A stretch of DNA of 63,756 bases, counting the filler, from Phoronis australis (taxonomy: Eukaryota > Animalia > Phoronida), in the NCBI GenBank assembly GCA_002633005.1. It is 5 parts of 5 records of this genome, joined end to end, with 100 filler letters (N's around TTAATTAATTAA, not from the genome) between each part and the next. Parts side by side here need not be neighbours in the genome. Positions count along the whole stretch, not along the records: positions 1 to 30,551 come from NMRA01000602.1; positions 30,652 to 34,095 come from NMRA01003017.1; positions 34,196 to 41,836 come from NMRA01000228.1; 2 more parts are not named here. The stretch is one strand, 5' to 3'. The position numbers were made by a program, and so were the translations under genes. Below are positions 23,579 through 37,748 of this stretch, piece after piece (within the stretch, counting starts at the first letter, position 1; the number at the start of each line of letters is the position of its first letter). The notes beneath the pieces were generated by a model, which saw only the letters and a list, made by a program, of their open reading frames with translations, had not been told where the DNA came from and ran no database searches.

Positions 23579-26500
23579 GGTGTCTATTCACCCATAGTTA
23601 TCAGGTTACACAAGGCGAATTGTTTGGTAAACATATCGACCCTCTAGTCTTTTCAGTATTTCAGTTTGTATACAGCTCACGCAAATAAGAGAACTTCAAA
23701 AAATTGTCAAGACTCAGGAATTGGTTTGAGTTTTGTTGAATATCGCTTTTAAGTTAAATGAGATCTTCCTAATGAGCTTGCGTTAATACTGCTTTATTAC
23801 AAAAATCCGAAATTGGGCTAAATACATGTATTCAAAATACTCGAGTTCTTTCAATAATTAGCACACCGCATAAGCTTGGCTAAAGAGGTCTTATAAGTCA
23901 TCTAAATTGTGTACGAGCTTTTAAGGGTCACTTTAATTGTGTATTTATTTAAAAGCGTGAGTGACTTGTGGTTAAGTTTCACTCCAAGGATTCACCAACC
24001 ACAATACAACCAACAAGCGGCAAGGTAGGGCTGGGATGCATTCAGAACCGTGTCTAGTCTAATAAATCATATGAAGATGAGAGCAATTGGGTGAACTGTG
24101 ACACCACAGAGCTTCGAGGTTGTGTTAGTACTAGGGTAATGTTCTGGTTGCAAAATCGGAATGAGCCATTTTGACTACAATTATACTGCAGTTTCTGCTT
24201 GAACCAGGATTTTTTACTAAATAAATTTAATGTCACGTGATAGCTTCATGACGAATGTAAGCGAGAATGGCATAGACACTAAAATGTCGGTTGTCATGGT
24301 AGTTCTTGAACTCTTTCAGTGAAGGTCAATTTCTTGATTGTGCAGAAACAGCAGGGAAAAATGAAAATAATAACATGAGCATGTAGAAGAATTAATGCCC
24401 TTAAATGCAATACAAACAAATTCAGCCTTCCATACACTCCTGGTAGTGTTATGTGTCTGACTTTTATTATTTTCAGACCGCACACTTGCGGATTTGTTGT
24501 AAGAGTCACTACTTGTGTGCCGTTTGTAAGCATTACAAAACCGTGGTGCAATACAAAAATTAACACAATTGGTTTGCTTAAAGTTATTAATTAATTTTAA
24601 GGACAGAAACAGATCTCACTAAAATATTAAATTACAGTGTATACTAGATTTGTTTTTCCAACTCATTGGATATCAATGTAATGCATATAATACGGTAGTT
24701 GAATGACGGCTTATCATCACTGCAGGTTTGCATTGACCCATGTATCTGGCACTGCCAGTCGCATAAAATGTGGTATTTTAAAAAAATGCCAAGTGAAACA
24801 TATTTTAAACCAGTTGAGAAATGCACAAAGAATGTAACGACGTATTGGAGAACCTTAAAATGGAGGGAAGGTGATACGAAGCAGGTAGAACGTGTCTTCC
24901 CGAGAAGTAGTATGTCGAACTCGAAGGCATATGTGCAGCAGGAGAAAAATAATCTACCATAGTAGATTCACTTGCCCGAATGATTGATATAACCCTCAAC
25001 ATATATTGACGTCGCCAAAGACAATGAGTACATCCACTGCTTACAAGAGGGGGTATCCGAAAGAGACCTGAAAGATGATTACAGGCGTAAAATCGTCTTG
25101 GTGCATATGAGCTTAGGCAAAGATACTATATCCCAAGATGGTTGTCTCAGTGTAATTTGCCTAGTCGCACATTTGGAACAGCACCACCTATTGGAGGGAA
25201 ACTAAGTTGTATTCAGAGACCCTAAAGCCAGGCCTGACACTGCGGTGAAGTTTGTAACTACCCTGGAGAAAACAGGATCTTTAGACATAAAGCAAATTTT
25301 GAGGAAATATCATTGATAAATTTACTTGAGGAAAACATAATTTTGACGATGTTTTGGCAAATACGAAAACTACATGTATTGTGATGCAATAAGACTAGAA
25401 TGAAAACAAACACCATTCAACTGAATAACAAAAATTTTTGATCCTTTGTAAGCATAGCAATGCAATGCAATATTAACCTTGGGATAACATCATTTTTAGT
25501 TACGTGGAAGTTTATGCAATTATATATTTAACTGTTATTAACAAAGACTTCGCCAGGGCTAACCCTAGTATGAAATCAACCGTCTGAATTCAATAAAAAG
25601 ACATTTTCCACATGGTTTAGTAAGTATACCTACAGAATCAAATAAATACAACAGTAATTCATATAACATTTTAGCATAATATTATATCATATGTTACGTA
25701 ATATTTATATCATAGTTCTTGTTGCTGAAAAACACAGAATGAAATAAATATGAATAATAGATAATTCTCATTACATAAGCAAAACTACGGTGATAATACA
25801 TAAGAGCAGGTGGATCAATATAATTATTATTGTACCTTTGTAACACATCAGTTCAAAAGACATTTCAAGCATTGTAATTTTAAAACGGAATTGATAAATT
25901 GCATGAAAACAACATTCCATGTTTAAAACACATTATACAATACATGTTAAGACATGAAAGAATGCAGACATCTCAGCCATGAGGCCTAGCACTTCTACAG
26001 CATTAATGTTCTGGAATATCTGCAATATTAAAAACAACAAATTTGATAGTTGTCAGGGATAAAGTATGTGGTTCGAGGGAACATACACTTCCATCCGGTA
26101 CAACGAAAATGTTACCAAGAAAAGTTTAATTAGTCTACTTCAGACTAATCAATGAATGTTACATGACTATTGACCATTTCATATGAAGACAGTGGCATCA
26201 ACACAACACCTTGGGCAATAACCTCAAACTGTATCTCAGTGTGAATGCTAATCTTCAAGGTTTTCAAAAAAATATAGTTTAACATGTTCAAGGTAGCCCT
26301 TTAGTTTAAGATTTGCAATTGAAACACGCCCTTCTCGGGTTTTCACCGGAACTAATACAATAGTACACCAACCCTGATATCACATAGACATGAAGTTATA
26401 TTTCAAAGGAAGCGCTACCAGACAAAAATGAGACCAATTTCAACAAGTAGTTAACATGAAAGACACACACATTCTGGTAGGTTGTGGAGCATAACAAGTA

Positions 26501-29500
26501 CATTCACATGCAACCAGCATAAAAATGGGTGGGTTGAAATTTTTGAGATTGTGTACCTATTACTAAGAAAAGATTGGTGAAAATGGATTTTTGTCTCATT
26601 TTCTTTTTTTCGGAGTTATTGTTTCTCTGGGACAAAATTTTTGCCCACTACGCCAAATAGGGGGAGTCGCTCGAGCCCCAGAGCCCTCTTGATGCGGGCA
26701 TGGGAAACAAGCTGTCTAGGTACGGCAGCGTGTGTCAAAGAATAAGGTTTGTTTACTGTTCTAAGAAAGAAGTTGACTCAGTAATCCCTGTTTAGTGTAG
26801 ATATTCTTCAACAAGATAACCTGAGGTAAGCGTATACCGTGATAATGCAGAGTAGTGCCTGGAAACTTGATACTAACACTTCAAATCAGATTCTTTACAC
26901 TAAAACAACAGCTTCTTATGTAGCTCTTTTATGGATTTCCCTGCTATGTCAGATCTATGCATACTCTGCACACAACTCGATCGCACAACTAAAATTGAGC
27001 CATACACTGAGAAATAGCCTACATACCAACAAACAATATCATTGCATTGTGAAAGCTTGCAAACGTTTTCCACGAAACCTGGTCATGTATGTGCTATCTC
27101 ACCCCAGTTTTCACACAGTAAACAAGACCAGCTGTCCAGGACACTGGGTCTGACCATCCTTTAACCTGAACTGTAGACTACACACAGACTAGTCGTCTTT
27201 GACCAAATACAGCTGATACAGCTCAACTTCAATTTTGTTACGTTCCTGGCAGAAGATATACAGCCACCACCCGAATGAGTAGGCCTCAGTATTGTCAACT
27301 ACTAGTATCTATCCCTAATCTGTAGGCCTGCTACTATCATTATTCTACTGCAGTACTGACTACTGTTCTCCGATCAACACATACTTGCCAGTAGTACTAT
27401 GGAATATACAATAAATATAGACTTACCTCTCCTGAGCTTTAGGCAAGCGAAACAAATGATTCTGTCAAAACCAGAGGACACACTGATATTACAGTCATCC
27501 ATGTTGTTATTTTTATGAGCTCCTCTCAGAAGGTGGCGCTACATAAACAGATGTTGCTAATTTACGCCACGGTAGGACATCTTTGGTAACTATAAAATCT
27601 TTGTCTCAGGTATGAGTCACCAAGCTCTACTTTCTGACCCTGAATGATATTCTCAGGAGCACGTCATTGCGGCAAAAATACTTTTATTGATTCAGTGATT
27701 TCATATAACTCGGACCTTATTGCTTGATGATAGCGTATTTCAAATGTTTTGAAGTATTTGCAGCATATACAAATTGTTACACAACGACTGCAGAGGGGAA
27801 ACGCTGATCAAAACAATGAATGCCATACCCACAGTGTTAGTAATATCCGCTTTGGTTAAGTTCATCAGCGTTGTTGCACGGTTAGTGTTGCAACAGGTAC
27901 CCGAAATAACATTTTTTACAGATATTTATTATCATTTATAAACAAGTACAAAAAAACAAACAAACACATAAGGACGTCCATTCATTCACGTACGCACAGG
28001 TTAGGAGAGACCGTTCTCGTTTCTCATACAAAATAAACATCGTTTACGTGGATTTAACGTGAACAACAACATTTTCCCAATTCGCAGAGAAGCTGAAAGC
28101 TTTTATATGGAATTAATTTATCAGCATAATAGTCCTCATAAGTATATGTAGGGAACTTGTGAAAATTAGGTATGCTTTTGTGACATCTCTCTTTGTAAAG
28201 GTACTGCTTCGCTATAAGAAGCAAAATGTTTAATAGAAAATTGTCCGTCTCAAGAATAACACGTTCCTATACAAGTATGCGTACAACCCTGCAAATCTTT
28301 CCGTTAAGTAGTAATTGCTAAAGGCATGCAAGGAGATTAGACATGAACACTTTTAAATTTACTTTGAAATAGACTTTTTGAAACCTTCTTAAAACAGAAA
28401 CAACACCATTATATTCTACAAAGTTGGTTTTCACATTGAACCTACTCGCCATATGGTTCAAACTAACGAAATCTCTATCAGAGGTATACATATCTCTAAA
28501 AAATCTTAAGCCTATTACAAACCAAGGCTTACAAAAACACTTGTGCCTCCGATCGCTTAGTTACTATTAAACCACAAAAGTTGATTCAAAAACTCTTCTT
28601 TACTCACAACAATTATTTTGTTGTGGAAATATGTCATAATTCCAAGTACATCGCGCTAAATGGAATTACCAACTAAAGCTAACTTCGACTGAATAAAGTC
28701 ATCTCCAAGTGAAGCAATTTTTTTAAGAACCGGTAGAGTGATTACAGTGATGTACCACTCTTAGACACCGGGCTTTCAAGATATCTACGGGCCTTGGCGA
28801 GTTTAAAAGCGTTACTGAATCCGTGCATATTAACCATTCGAATCACCCCTTGATCTAGTCCTAAACAGACCGTAGTTAGTTTAATTTTATCATTACGAGC
28901 CTGTCATACAGAAAATTTCTTATCCAATTCATTCAGAACTTTTACTGGTGGATTTGGTAAACTTGACAACAAAAAATAGCTTTAGAAATGGCATTTTCAC
29001 GCGAACATTAACGACGTGAAGACAGTTGATCTTGCGTAAGTACCAACTTATCGATGCATTCAATTTATTTTTTAATGTTTTTAAAAAGTTCAGTCACGCA
29101 GGAGACTGTGTAGCCTAGAGCATGTGTCTTACTCGGTTGGATGCTTGGAATATGACCTTTGGTTTCGTTGCTTGTCTGTTTCTTCTCTGCAAATCCACGG
29201 TTTCGGGTGGCAATAGGTTATCAACATATCAGCACCTTTGCTTAAACGTGAAAAAATGTATATTTAACACCGTTTTGGCATCACACATACTTATGCCAAA
29301 GTCAGTTAGAATTTTCTTAACACCGTTAACACAGCACATCTTGTTGGGTTGCAACCATACTAAATTGCTATTTACATCTTTGAAAAAGTAAATCGATTTC
29401 GTCAACAAAATAAAAAACTCTTAACTAAATCCTTTCAAAGCGTTCACGGATAATGATCATCCATCACGATATTGTTCATTTGTTTTCGCTTCATTTTATT

Positions 29501-29876
29501 TGAAGTAATCAGATGTATACAACAGCTGTAATTACTCCAGTCTAATATGTCTAGATAGGCTCCAGTATCAGGCAACATTGTATGTTTCAGGCTCTTTAAA
29601 AAGGATCCAGTAAAGCACAAACTCTCGACTTCCTTAAGTGAATGCACACCGTTATGCCTAGTTACAAAGTTCCTCACAATGTTAATTATCATTCCAGATT
29701 ACTTCTCTACATCTTCGGAAGGACACGATTTCGCAAAAATTTAAAAAATGTGCCTGATCTTGTAATCCCTAATACATTTTTGTAAATCCATTTCGCAAAT
29801 CTCCTCGTATTCAGTGCACCCAAGTGTGGAACAATATGGTTTTTACATTTTTCAATCGCTTTAAGGCAAATGGGAA

Positions 29877-30227
29877 CCTTGTTTACCAGGTTGTACTTAT
29901 GTGCAAATATCTTAAATTGTGTTAGCTCTAACCCCTAAAAGGTACCTATTTTCTGAAAGATGAATAAATTTCCAAACAAAATTTATCATTTTTGTTAAAT
30001 TGTTTTGATGTTTTCATTATATTAGCGTTTTTAAGAAAAAAAATAAAGTCTCTGTTCAAAGTAAACAAAAATTGAAAAATGCATATCTCGTAAGCAATAA
30101 AGACTCTTAAAGTATGTTTCGTTAGGAAATGTATTCGCCTTTCAGAAAATATACATTTTGTAGGGGTTAGAGATAACGCAATTTAAGATATTTGTATATA
30201 CATGTAAGTACAACCTGGTTAACAAGG
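29877..30227. mobile_element. MITE with ~100-bp TIRs
   Basis: CCTTGTTTACCAGGTTGTACTTA...CAAATATCTTAAATTG...TCTAACCCCTA mirrored by TAGGGGTTAGA...CAATTTAAGATATTTG...TAAGTACAACCTGGTTAACAAGG. Confidence 0.8.
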
Positions 30228-30551
30228 ACTATTAAAATGGCAGGCATTTACAATAGTAATAGATGTTGAGTACTCAGCATAATTTTGACAAGCGCATTAA
30301 ATTGTCACGCTTTAGCACAAGGCGGGTAATTATGGTATTTAATCGCTCCATTAAAACGCATTAAAGTTCACAGCTGACCTTTTGATTTAACCACAAAATC
30401 ATTACAAAAAACAAATTAAAAAGCAAATCTGTCTTTAAAACCTGTTCCATGTTATGATTGTGTGATTCTCTCGAAATGTTGCCAGGTGAGTATTTTAACT
30501 GCCTGCATTTTGGTTCATAATACCAAGCGAATATATACCCGATGCAGTTGA

Positions 30552-30651
30552 NNNNNNNNNNNNNNNNNNNNNNNNNNNNNNNNNNNNNNNNNNNNTTAAT
30601 TAATTAANNNNNNNNNNNNNNNNNNNNNNNNNNNNNNNNNNNNNNNNNNNN
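30552..30651. other. Assembly gap spacer (N44-TTAATTAATTAA-N44); also at 34096-34195, 41837-41936 and 61101-61200; plain N gap at 55767-56320
   Basis: Identical 100-nt spacers carrying an artificial six-frame stop linker. Confidence 0.97.
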
Positions 30652-30959
30652 CCGAAGCTAGTTTACAGTGAAACAGCACGTGTGAGATAATATGATATGT
30701 TGAGCTGTAAAGGTGGGTGACAATCTGCCAAGCAGCAATGAAGGTATACACAAGTGTTGAATTAGAAAGTTAAGTAACAATATGCGGAAGCAAAACAGCA
30801 ACAGCAGGACAGCGACATGGGAGAATTAAGTGTAAAGGGAAGCAAGGGAAATTGATTTGAGGGAGGGAGGGAAAGAGAAATTGACTGAAAACTGAAAATT
30901 GGAGAGGATTATGGACAGTTTTTTATTATTTCAAAATGATACACTAACATCCAGTAACT

Positions 30960-32290
30960 TATTGCCAACCTCTGAATTCCGAAATAGAATGTCATTCTGG
31001 GCCATGCACAGAATAGTTTTCCTTAGAGACATTGTGTAAGCAGTCGTCAGCCTTCTTTAGGTACTTTTGCATTTGTGCTGCTTGTTCAACAGCCTTGGCA
31101 GCTGATTTATTATCGTTGACACTTTCATGCTTTTTGAAATCATCGCGTTTTGGTACGTCTGGAGATTCACCGCTCGCGAAAATATTAGATTTCCTAGCAT
31201 CAGTGCATACCTTACATAAAAACACATTTCTGTCCTTTTCATACACTAGCCACTTAAAGTCGTGGAACCATTGTGGTTTAATAGCTCGGGCAGTGGTTGC
31301 CTTCTGAGTGGTTCCCAGCACTAGCAGGTAGCTGACTTGAAGTTAATGGTTGCACTACCTCCACATCAGAAGAAAGTTGATGAGTGCTTGAGAGAGAGAG
31401 CTACAGCACCAGTAGACTGCTGAGTTGTTGGCGGCTGCATTCCATCTCTTTGGGTTTTGCTGAAAAATGTAAAAGTAGTGGGTTATTGATTATAAATTTA
31501 CCTGATAAGTTGGAGGGGATGTCAGCAAACGTGGGTTTTATTATGACTTAAAAAGTTGGGGCTCAGGATGAGGTTCCCTCTATTCTCGAGTTACTGCGTG
31601 GGTACGCCAGCCATAACCATTTTATGATGTTGACTTAAAAAATTGGGCATGGCTTCCCCCTGTCCCTGGGTTACTGCGAGTAACGCTGGCTATATGGGCA
31701 TTTCATTGGTGTTGACCTAGAAAAATTGGGCAAGGGTTCCCCCCTATCTGAGGGTTACGGCGAGGGTACGCAGGCCACATGGGCATAATTCATTGATATT
31801 GGCTAAAAACATTGGGCAGGGATTCCACCCTATCCCCGGGTTACGGCGGGCTACGCCGGCCTCGTGGGCATTTTGGTGACCAATACAATTAGGTCTAAAA
31901 ACGTTAACACAACTTGTGTGTTCCAAAATAAAGCTAAACAGTGCAGAGCGATGAACATAAAGCTCGTTAAATAAAAATATGACATTTACTTTACCTTATT
32001 TTCTTTCGGTCGAACATTTCGGTGCAGTAAAAGAGTGATTTCAGGGGGTGTGAGTCTGACGGATATGAAATGGAACATTCGCTTGCTATTTTTAGGATTC
32101 CGAATCGGAAGTAAGAATGTCGTTCGCGATGCGACTTGATTCGAGCTGACTGTGAGTTGACACGAGAGTAGGTTTCCCGAAATTTGCTTTTATTGTCAAG
32201 TTTCGAGGGTTGGCGAATGTACTTAGCTCATCGCCTGTGCCGCTCAGAATTCGCCTATGGCGTGTTCGCGAACGGCTAGCGCGAGCCTAG
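30960..32290 (-). mobile_element. 5' part of a ZNF862-type hAT transposon (TTF zinc finger)
   Basis: PQWFHDFKWLVY...FLCKVC...KKHE.. zinc-finger motif at 30992-31321. TIR-like end AGGCTCGCGCTAGCCGTTCGC with repeated GGCGAA/TTCGCC motifs near 32210-32290. Confidence 0.7.
31545..31875. repeat. Four ~85-bp tandem units inside the hAT element
   Basis: AAAA.TTGGGCA...TTCCCCCT.T...GGTTAC.GCG.G.TACGC recurs at ~31551, 31638, 31721 and 31806. Confidence 0.8.
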
Positions 32291-32704
32291 GATCTAATAA
32301 AGACCTTTCTCTCCCGCTGTAACAAAAAGGTGTAAACAAATATTACTCTTAGCCTTTATTGGATGTTTTGGTGTGTCACTTAAGAGAAGTAAGTGATAAA
32401 CACCTAATTATAACAATGACAGACAGTGACTGAGTAAAAGATGTGAGTAGTAGATATTTGACATTTGTATGTCATCTGCTCTGTGTGTTACAATCGAGTT
32501 GCAAAATTGTAATGATATAACTTTTTCAAATAGCACACTCATATGTATTAAATTTCGAATGTAATTGTAACTATGATTTTATTATAATATTGCCGTATTT
32601 AGAAATGAATAGGTGGTACATTGTTTTCTTTTTTAGTCCTGGGACTTGGGTCACAGGTAACGCCAAGGCAACTCAATGTTTTTGCTGAGGTGTAATATTT
32701 TTAC

Positions 32705-33231
32705 TTGGTTGGAATGGTACAATCATTTTGTCTCCATTTGGTCCTGCAAAGATTCCATGTTCACTGAAATGCTGAAGAACCAACGTTAAAAATTCTCGAG
32801 TTGGTCCGCCTTCAACTATTGCCCCTTCTGCTTCCCAATATCGTCCATGAAGTTAATGGACAGACGATTTTCGGGTACGAAGTGCCGTCTTGATAACGAT
32901 CTGGTAGCTCCATCAACGATTCTGGACCTTGCCACATTTATGGTTGGGTGGCTCATCTGCCTTTATTTGCGAGTGAAGCTGCCTAAGTAATTGTCATTTC
33001 ACTGGAATTGAAATTGATAATATTTTTAATTGTTCATATGACTTTTTCTTCAGTATGTCCAAAAGCTTTTCCTCCGCGATTTGACTGCTTCGGTGTCCTG
33101 TGACGTGGGTGGTCCTTCGATGGCAGAGCCATCGGGTTTTCACAAAAAGACCTCAAGGTGCAAATGTCTCCAAGTGCCGTAAGCCCCATGTCTTTCAGTT
33201 GACTGTCGTTTAAAAGACTTTGGCATCAATC
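32705..33231 (-). pseudogene. Decayed SAM-domain plus G2E3-like HECT E3 ligase fragment
   Basis: 33080-33231 gives LLNDSQLKDMGLTALGDICTLRSFC (SAM-like). 32705-33001 gives INVARSRIVDGATRSLSRRHFVPENRLSINFMDDIG/EAEGAIVEGGPTREFL...IFAGP (HECT N-lobe). Several frameshifts; AG/GT borders are present. Confidence 0.75.
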
Positions 33232-34195
33232 TGCAATAAAATATAGAGAGATATTCACTTGAAACGAGTTTTCTGTACTTCTAATTTAGTGCACTCAGGA
33301 ATTAGGAAAAAAACTTGCATCATTGCCTACTTCGCCTGGATGATCAGCAAATTAGGTTAAATCCGTTAACTTTTATTATTTAGACCATTTAACAAGAAAC
33401 GTCGAGTTTCATCTCGGGCAATAACGAATTCTTTCTAGCTATTGAAATCCAGCTAAGTACTTGAAACACATAATTACCACAGAAGACATGATCAGCTATG
33501 TCATAAAGCTGTTTTTATATCCAGCGGAATCTTCCTTGGGCTGTTTTTATGGACAGATTACATGACATAGTCTTTTTATAGCCACTGTCGCATATCAAAC
33601 ACGACACCACACCCATTATTCACGACTGTTACTGGCACTGTTCTGTTCATGGCAAACTATACATCGACACTATCGCTAAATTGGTTCCAGAAGCAATCGA
33701 TCTAACATGATGATCCATTAAGGAATTAGTATAGCCATTTCTTAAAAGTAATTCTTTCATGCGGTGGACTTCAACGTTAATAACATTCCAAGCCAACAAT
33801 ACTTGGTGCGCATTTGAGCGAATATTGTGGAAAATTATTAATCGTGAGCATTGTTGTGTGCTCAGCAGACTTAGTCTACATTAGGGCTGTTGCCAAAATT
33901 ATTCTTATTTCTCAAATATTTTACTTATGAAAGCAGTTGCTCTGTATCGTTGGCAAATTGTTCCCGTTGATGCAATTTTATGGAAGAACTGCCAATCAAT
34001 TTCTGTCCCTAACAGTGGGTACATGGGTGAAGTTACTGATGTCAATTCCTGGAAACATCTTTCATGTTGAGTTGCAGTGTGATTGACACATCGTGNNNNN
34101 NNNNNNNNNNNNNNNNNNNNNNNNNNNNNNNNNNNNNNNTTAATTAATTAANNNNNNNNNNNNNNNNNNNNNNNNNNNNNNNNNNNNNNNNNNNN

Positions 34196-35440
34196 TATCA
34201 ATAAGTAATAACACTATCAAACTAACGTACTAAGAATTATATGTATCATGAATGTCACAGATTTCATGACATTGTGACATGCAGCAGTTTTACTACTCTT
34301 TCTTGGAGGCATGGACGTTAACACCCTGAAGGACTCGTCGTGTGGCTTACAGTTCAACTGAAAAAAATTAAACGCATTCACTTACGTTTGTTAGGCTAAA
34401 TCTCACTTAGAAATAATGAAAAAAACGATGAAATGTAATTAATAATCAACCCATTAACTAATTTAGGCTCCGTATTATTCTAAAATTGTTGACATAATAC
34501 CGTAACTTGAACGATTATTCAGCCCTATGCAGAGAAAAAAATGTGCGTTCACGATCGCTTTTTTGCGTTCACGATCGCCATAGAGCATTAACGACATCGT
34601 TCCCGATCGCCGTCTTACACAAGGACCTGCTTGTATTGGTAAATATCTCAAATTATTTCACAACAAAGGTGACACCAGGGACGATTAAACTATTAACGTC
34701 ACACGTTTCTTCTTAAGGATATTTCCAACCTTATTCACAAAAATGGGCCATTTTTACAATATTTCACTTGTGTCTAGCAAAATAAGCATTAGCAAACTCC
34801 AACCGTCGGACGAAGGCCGTCCGACGGTCAATTTTCAGCTGGAAAGGGTTCCTCATGTTTTGTTGTAATTAAAAGGTCCACATTCTCAAAAATTCGAGGA
34901 CCCTCATTTTTAGGCTGCATGTTGAGGAACTTGATTTTTTATCCAGTGTCGGATACGAACATGACGGCGTTTTTCCGTCCCGTGACTTTACCAGACGTAG
35001 AGGGTTGTGAGCGTGTGATAACAGCTAGCGTCTTTGTTAACTGCAAAGCACAGTCTTTTGTCCGGTATGTCAACAGGCAAGCCAATTATCTGCCAGGCTT
35101 TATAGCCACGTGTGAACACAGAGCGAATTAGTTGGGCGATTTTAGCAATTCAAAAACTAAACATGATCACCATTTGACGAGTATTTCAGAAATGCTATTG
35201 GTTCATGTTCAAATATGTTATAACTTAACTTTTATTTTTAGCAGCACAGCCCAGTCAGGCTCGAGATGACCTTACTGGGGATTAGAGCAATTATCGAACA
35301 AAAGAGAGCTGGCCCTCCAACCACAAACGTCAGAATGGAGTTAATCAGTCAAGTAAGAAATTGGCTACATGGGTGTTCTAAGTTGTTGTTGGGCTGTATA
35401 GAATCGAACAAGTTGGGAGCAACGGGAAATCGCCGTAATG
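34196..35440 (+). repeat. Copy 1 of a dispersed ~480-550-bp repeat (copy 2 ~41937-42510, copy 3 ~43538-44045)
   Basis: Shared CCAGACGTAGAGGG, ATTCAAAAACTAAACA, ATGTTCAAATATGT.ATAACTTAACTTTTATTT and GTTGGGAGCAACGGGAA in all three. Copy 1 carries an extra ~690-bp insert. Confidence 0.85.
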
Positions 35441-37748
35441 AAAATTGGACCTTTCAAAACCGACTGTCGTAAAAAACCAGTGGGCCTGGAATAACGAAAT
35501 TGTCCTTCGGCGGGCGGTTTCAATGCGCATGCCTATAGACTCATGCAACTGAGGCACGCCAAAATACCGCCCTTTAAACGCTCGAAGTTCAATTGCAATT
35601 AACGACTAGGGACCCGGGGAACATCCAGATGGGGAAAAATAGAGACCCCTCCCATCACGTGACAGTTGCCGTTGCGAAGTCTCCACAAGTGCAAATATAA
35701 CGCACAGTCGCTAGCTGCTCATAGGACACCAAAATGTTTTCTACATGTATCGTTCATTTGTTACCGGTAAAGGGAAAATTTATGAATCTGTTATGCAAAA
35801 CGGTATGTTATGGTTTCAAGTTGGCCCAACTTGAAACCATAACATACCTGGCTAATACTCTGGCCTTCCCCCCGGGGGGGGGGCAGGGCAGAGTATTAGC
35901 CAGGATTTTGCCAGTCAGACATTCGCACCCCCGAACTGCCAAATGGAGAATTTTAGGGGGGCCATGGCCCCCTTGGCCCCCATCTAAATCCGCCACTGGC
36001 TACAGTTAGGTGTCTGGGAGAAACCTTCATCCTGCGTGGTAGCAACGTTTTGCACTAAAGGTTTCCGCAACATAGATCAAATCTGTCTGAAACGGGACCG
36101 ACAGGTGCTGTCGTCTCTGTGACGATTATTTGTCAAATTTCACGGACATCAAGGAACTTTCACAAAACATGTACTTTTGCCAAGTTGAAATCTAGTTTTG
36201 CAGACAATTGATAAGACGGACAGACTTGTCAAGAAGGTCCTACATAACCTTAAATGAATGTACGACAGAAATGGACAGGAAATACAGAAATCATTCAAGT
36301 ATGACTTTACCAACAACTATTAGGCACATATGGACCATAGATTATAAAACTACAGGTTTAACTCAGTAAAACCACACACTTCCTGATTGTAGAAAGACTG
36401 TAGAATGTGATTTGTTTACTTTTTACCATTATGGCAGGTTCAAGTTTATAAATATTCTTGGCACTGGTGCATGAGAAAGCCTCAGATCCCGGCTACATTT
36501 TCGGATGAACTTTTGGTCATCTTACAAAGAATCTCTCATGGTATCCATTCCTGTCTACCTTCTTGTTGAGGATGTTTATTGTGTCTATGACATAAATCTG
36601 TGATCTGTGTCTATGACTTGTGTCAGCGACTTTCAAAATTCTGCTGGCATGTTTTTCAATGACTGTAATTCCAAATGAAATACAGGTAAGTAGTCAGTGA
36701 CAATAATATTCTTCATCCTTTGTCTATATTTTGACTTGCAATGGTACCCTCTGTTCAAATTTGTAAGTGTGGTACAAAACGTTCATGTTGCCAAAATAAT
36801 TACTAGTGACACAATTTACCTGTATGTTAAGACACCTTGTATTTTTTCTATCAACAAGCAACACAATAATTAACATTAACAACAACTCTCGATGTCCCTT
36901 TTTTGCAAGGTAATTTTTATCCAACAATAAAATGACTGTTCTTCATACTTTTTAGCAAAACCATCAGCACCAAACCATCAGCGCTAGTTTGCAACATGAT
37001 ATAAATTGCACATTGGTTTTTAAAAAACTATTTTAAGTACTACATTTCACTTGGACTAGATTGTGAAACCAGAGTTTAATCGTCACAGTGATAGATATCC
37101 TCTTAACAACATTAATATCATTTCAATAACAATACTAATCATTACATAAAGCTGCAGTTCTACTCACTGCATCAGCGTGAAACCAACAAATATGCTAAAC
37201 AATTAAGTCTATCAAACAGGCTTTGGGCATTTCTTTACTTAGACAGTATTAGCTTAAACATTCAGTTGGAACTAAGAGAAAACCTACGATTGAAATGAAA
37301 TGCTGAAGGAATTTGGCAACTGTAATACTCTCTGTTTTGTTTTTTTTTTAACCGGAGTGCTCTATTGATTCTTTGTGGCAAAACACTGTTTAGAGTCTTC
37401 CAATAGTAGAACTCTTGGTATCCTGAGTACTTTTAGCATCCGACCACACAACAGCCAACCATGGTTAGCAGGCAACCAATTTGCCGGAAGTAAAACGTAT
37501 TATGTCTGCCAGGTGTCGCTAGTGAATAGTTACGTCACGGCTTATGCGTAAGATCGCAGATTTCGTCTACTGAAAATATACGCAGTTGGCGGTCCATATA
37601 CTATAGTCAATGGTAGCAGTAAGTGTTCTATCTTCATTTTTGATTTTCAAACAGCTAAGCAGATGGAAAAGAACTTATAACTAAAGACTCCTTAAATCGC
37701 AGCATTAGGAGTAAATAGCAAACATAGTACAAAATACATTTTTAATGT

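Noticed and set aside
24644-25260. Coding-like stretch with short ORFs
   Set aside because: Possibly a decayed TE, but no motif could be assigned.
30552-30651. TTAATTAATTAA palindrome recurring four times
   Set aside because: Always centred in N44 flanks; an artificial scaffolding linker.
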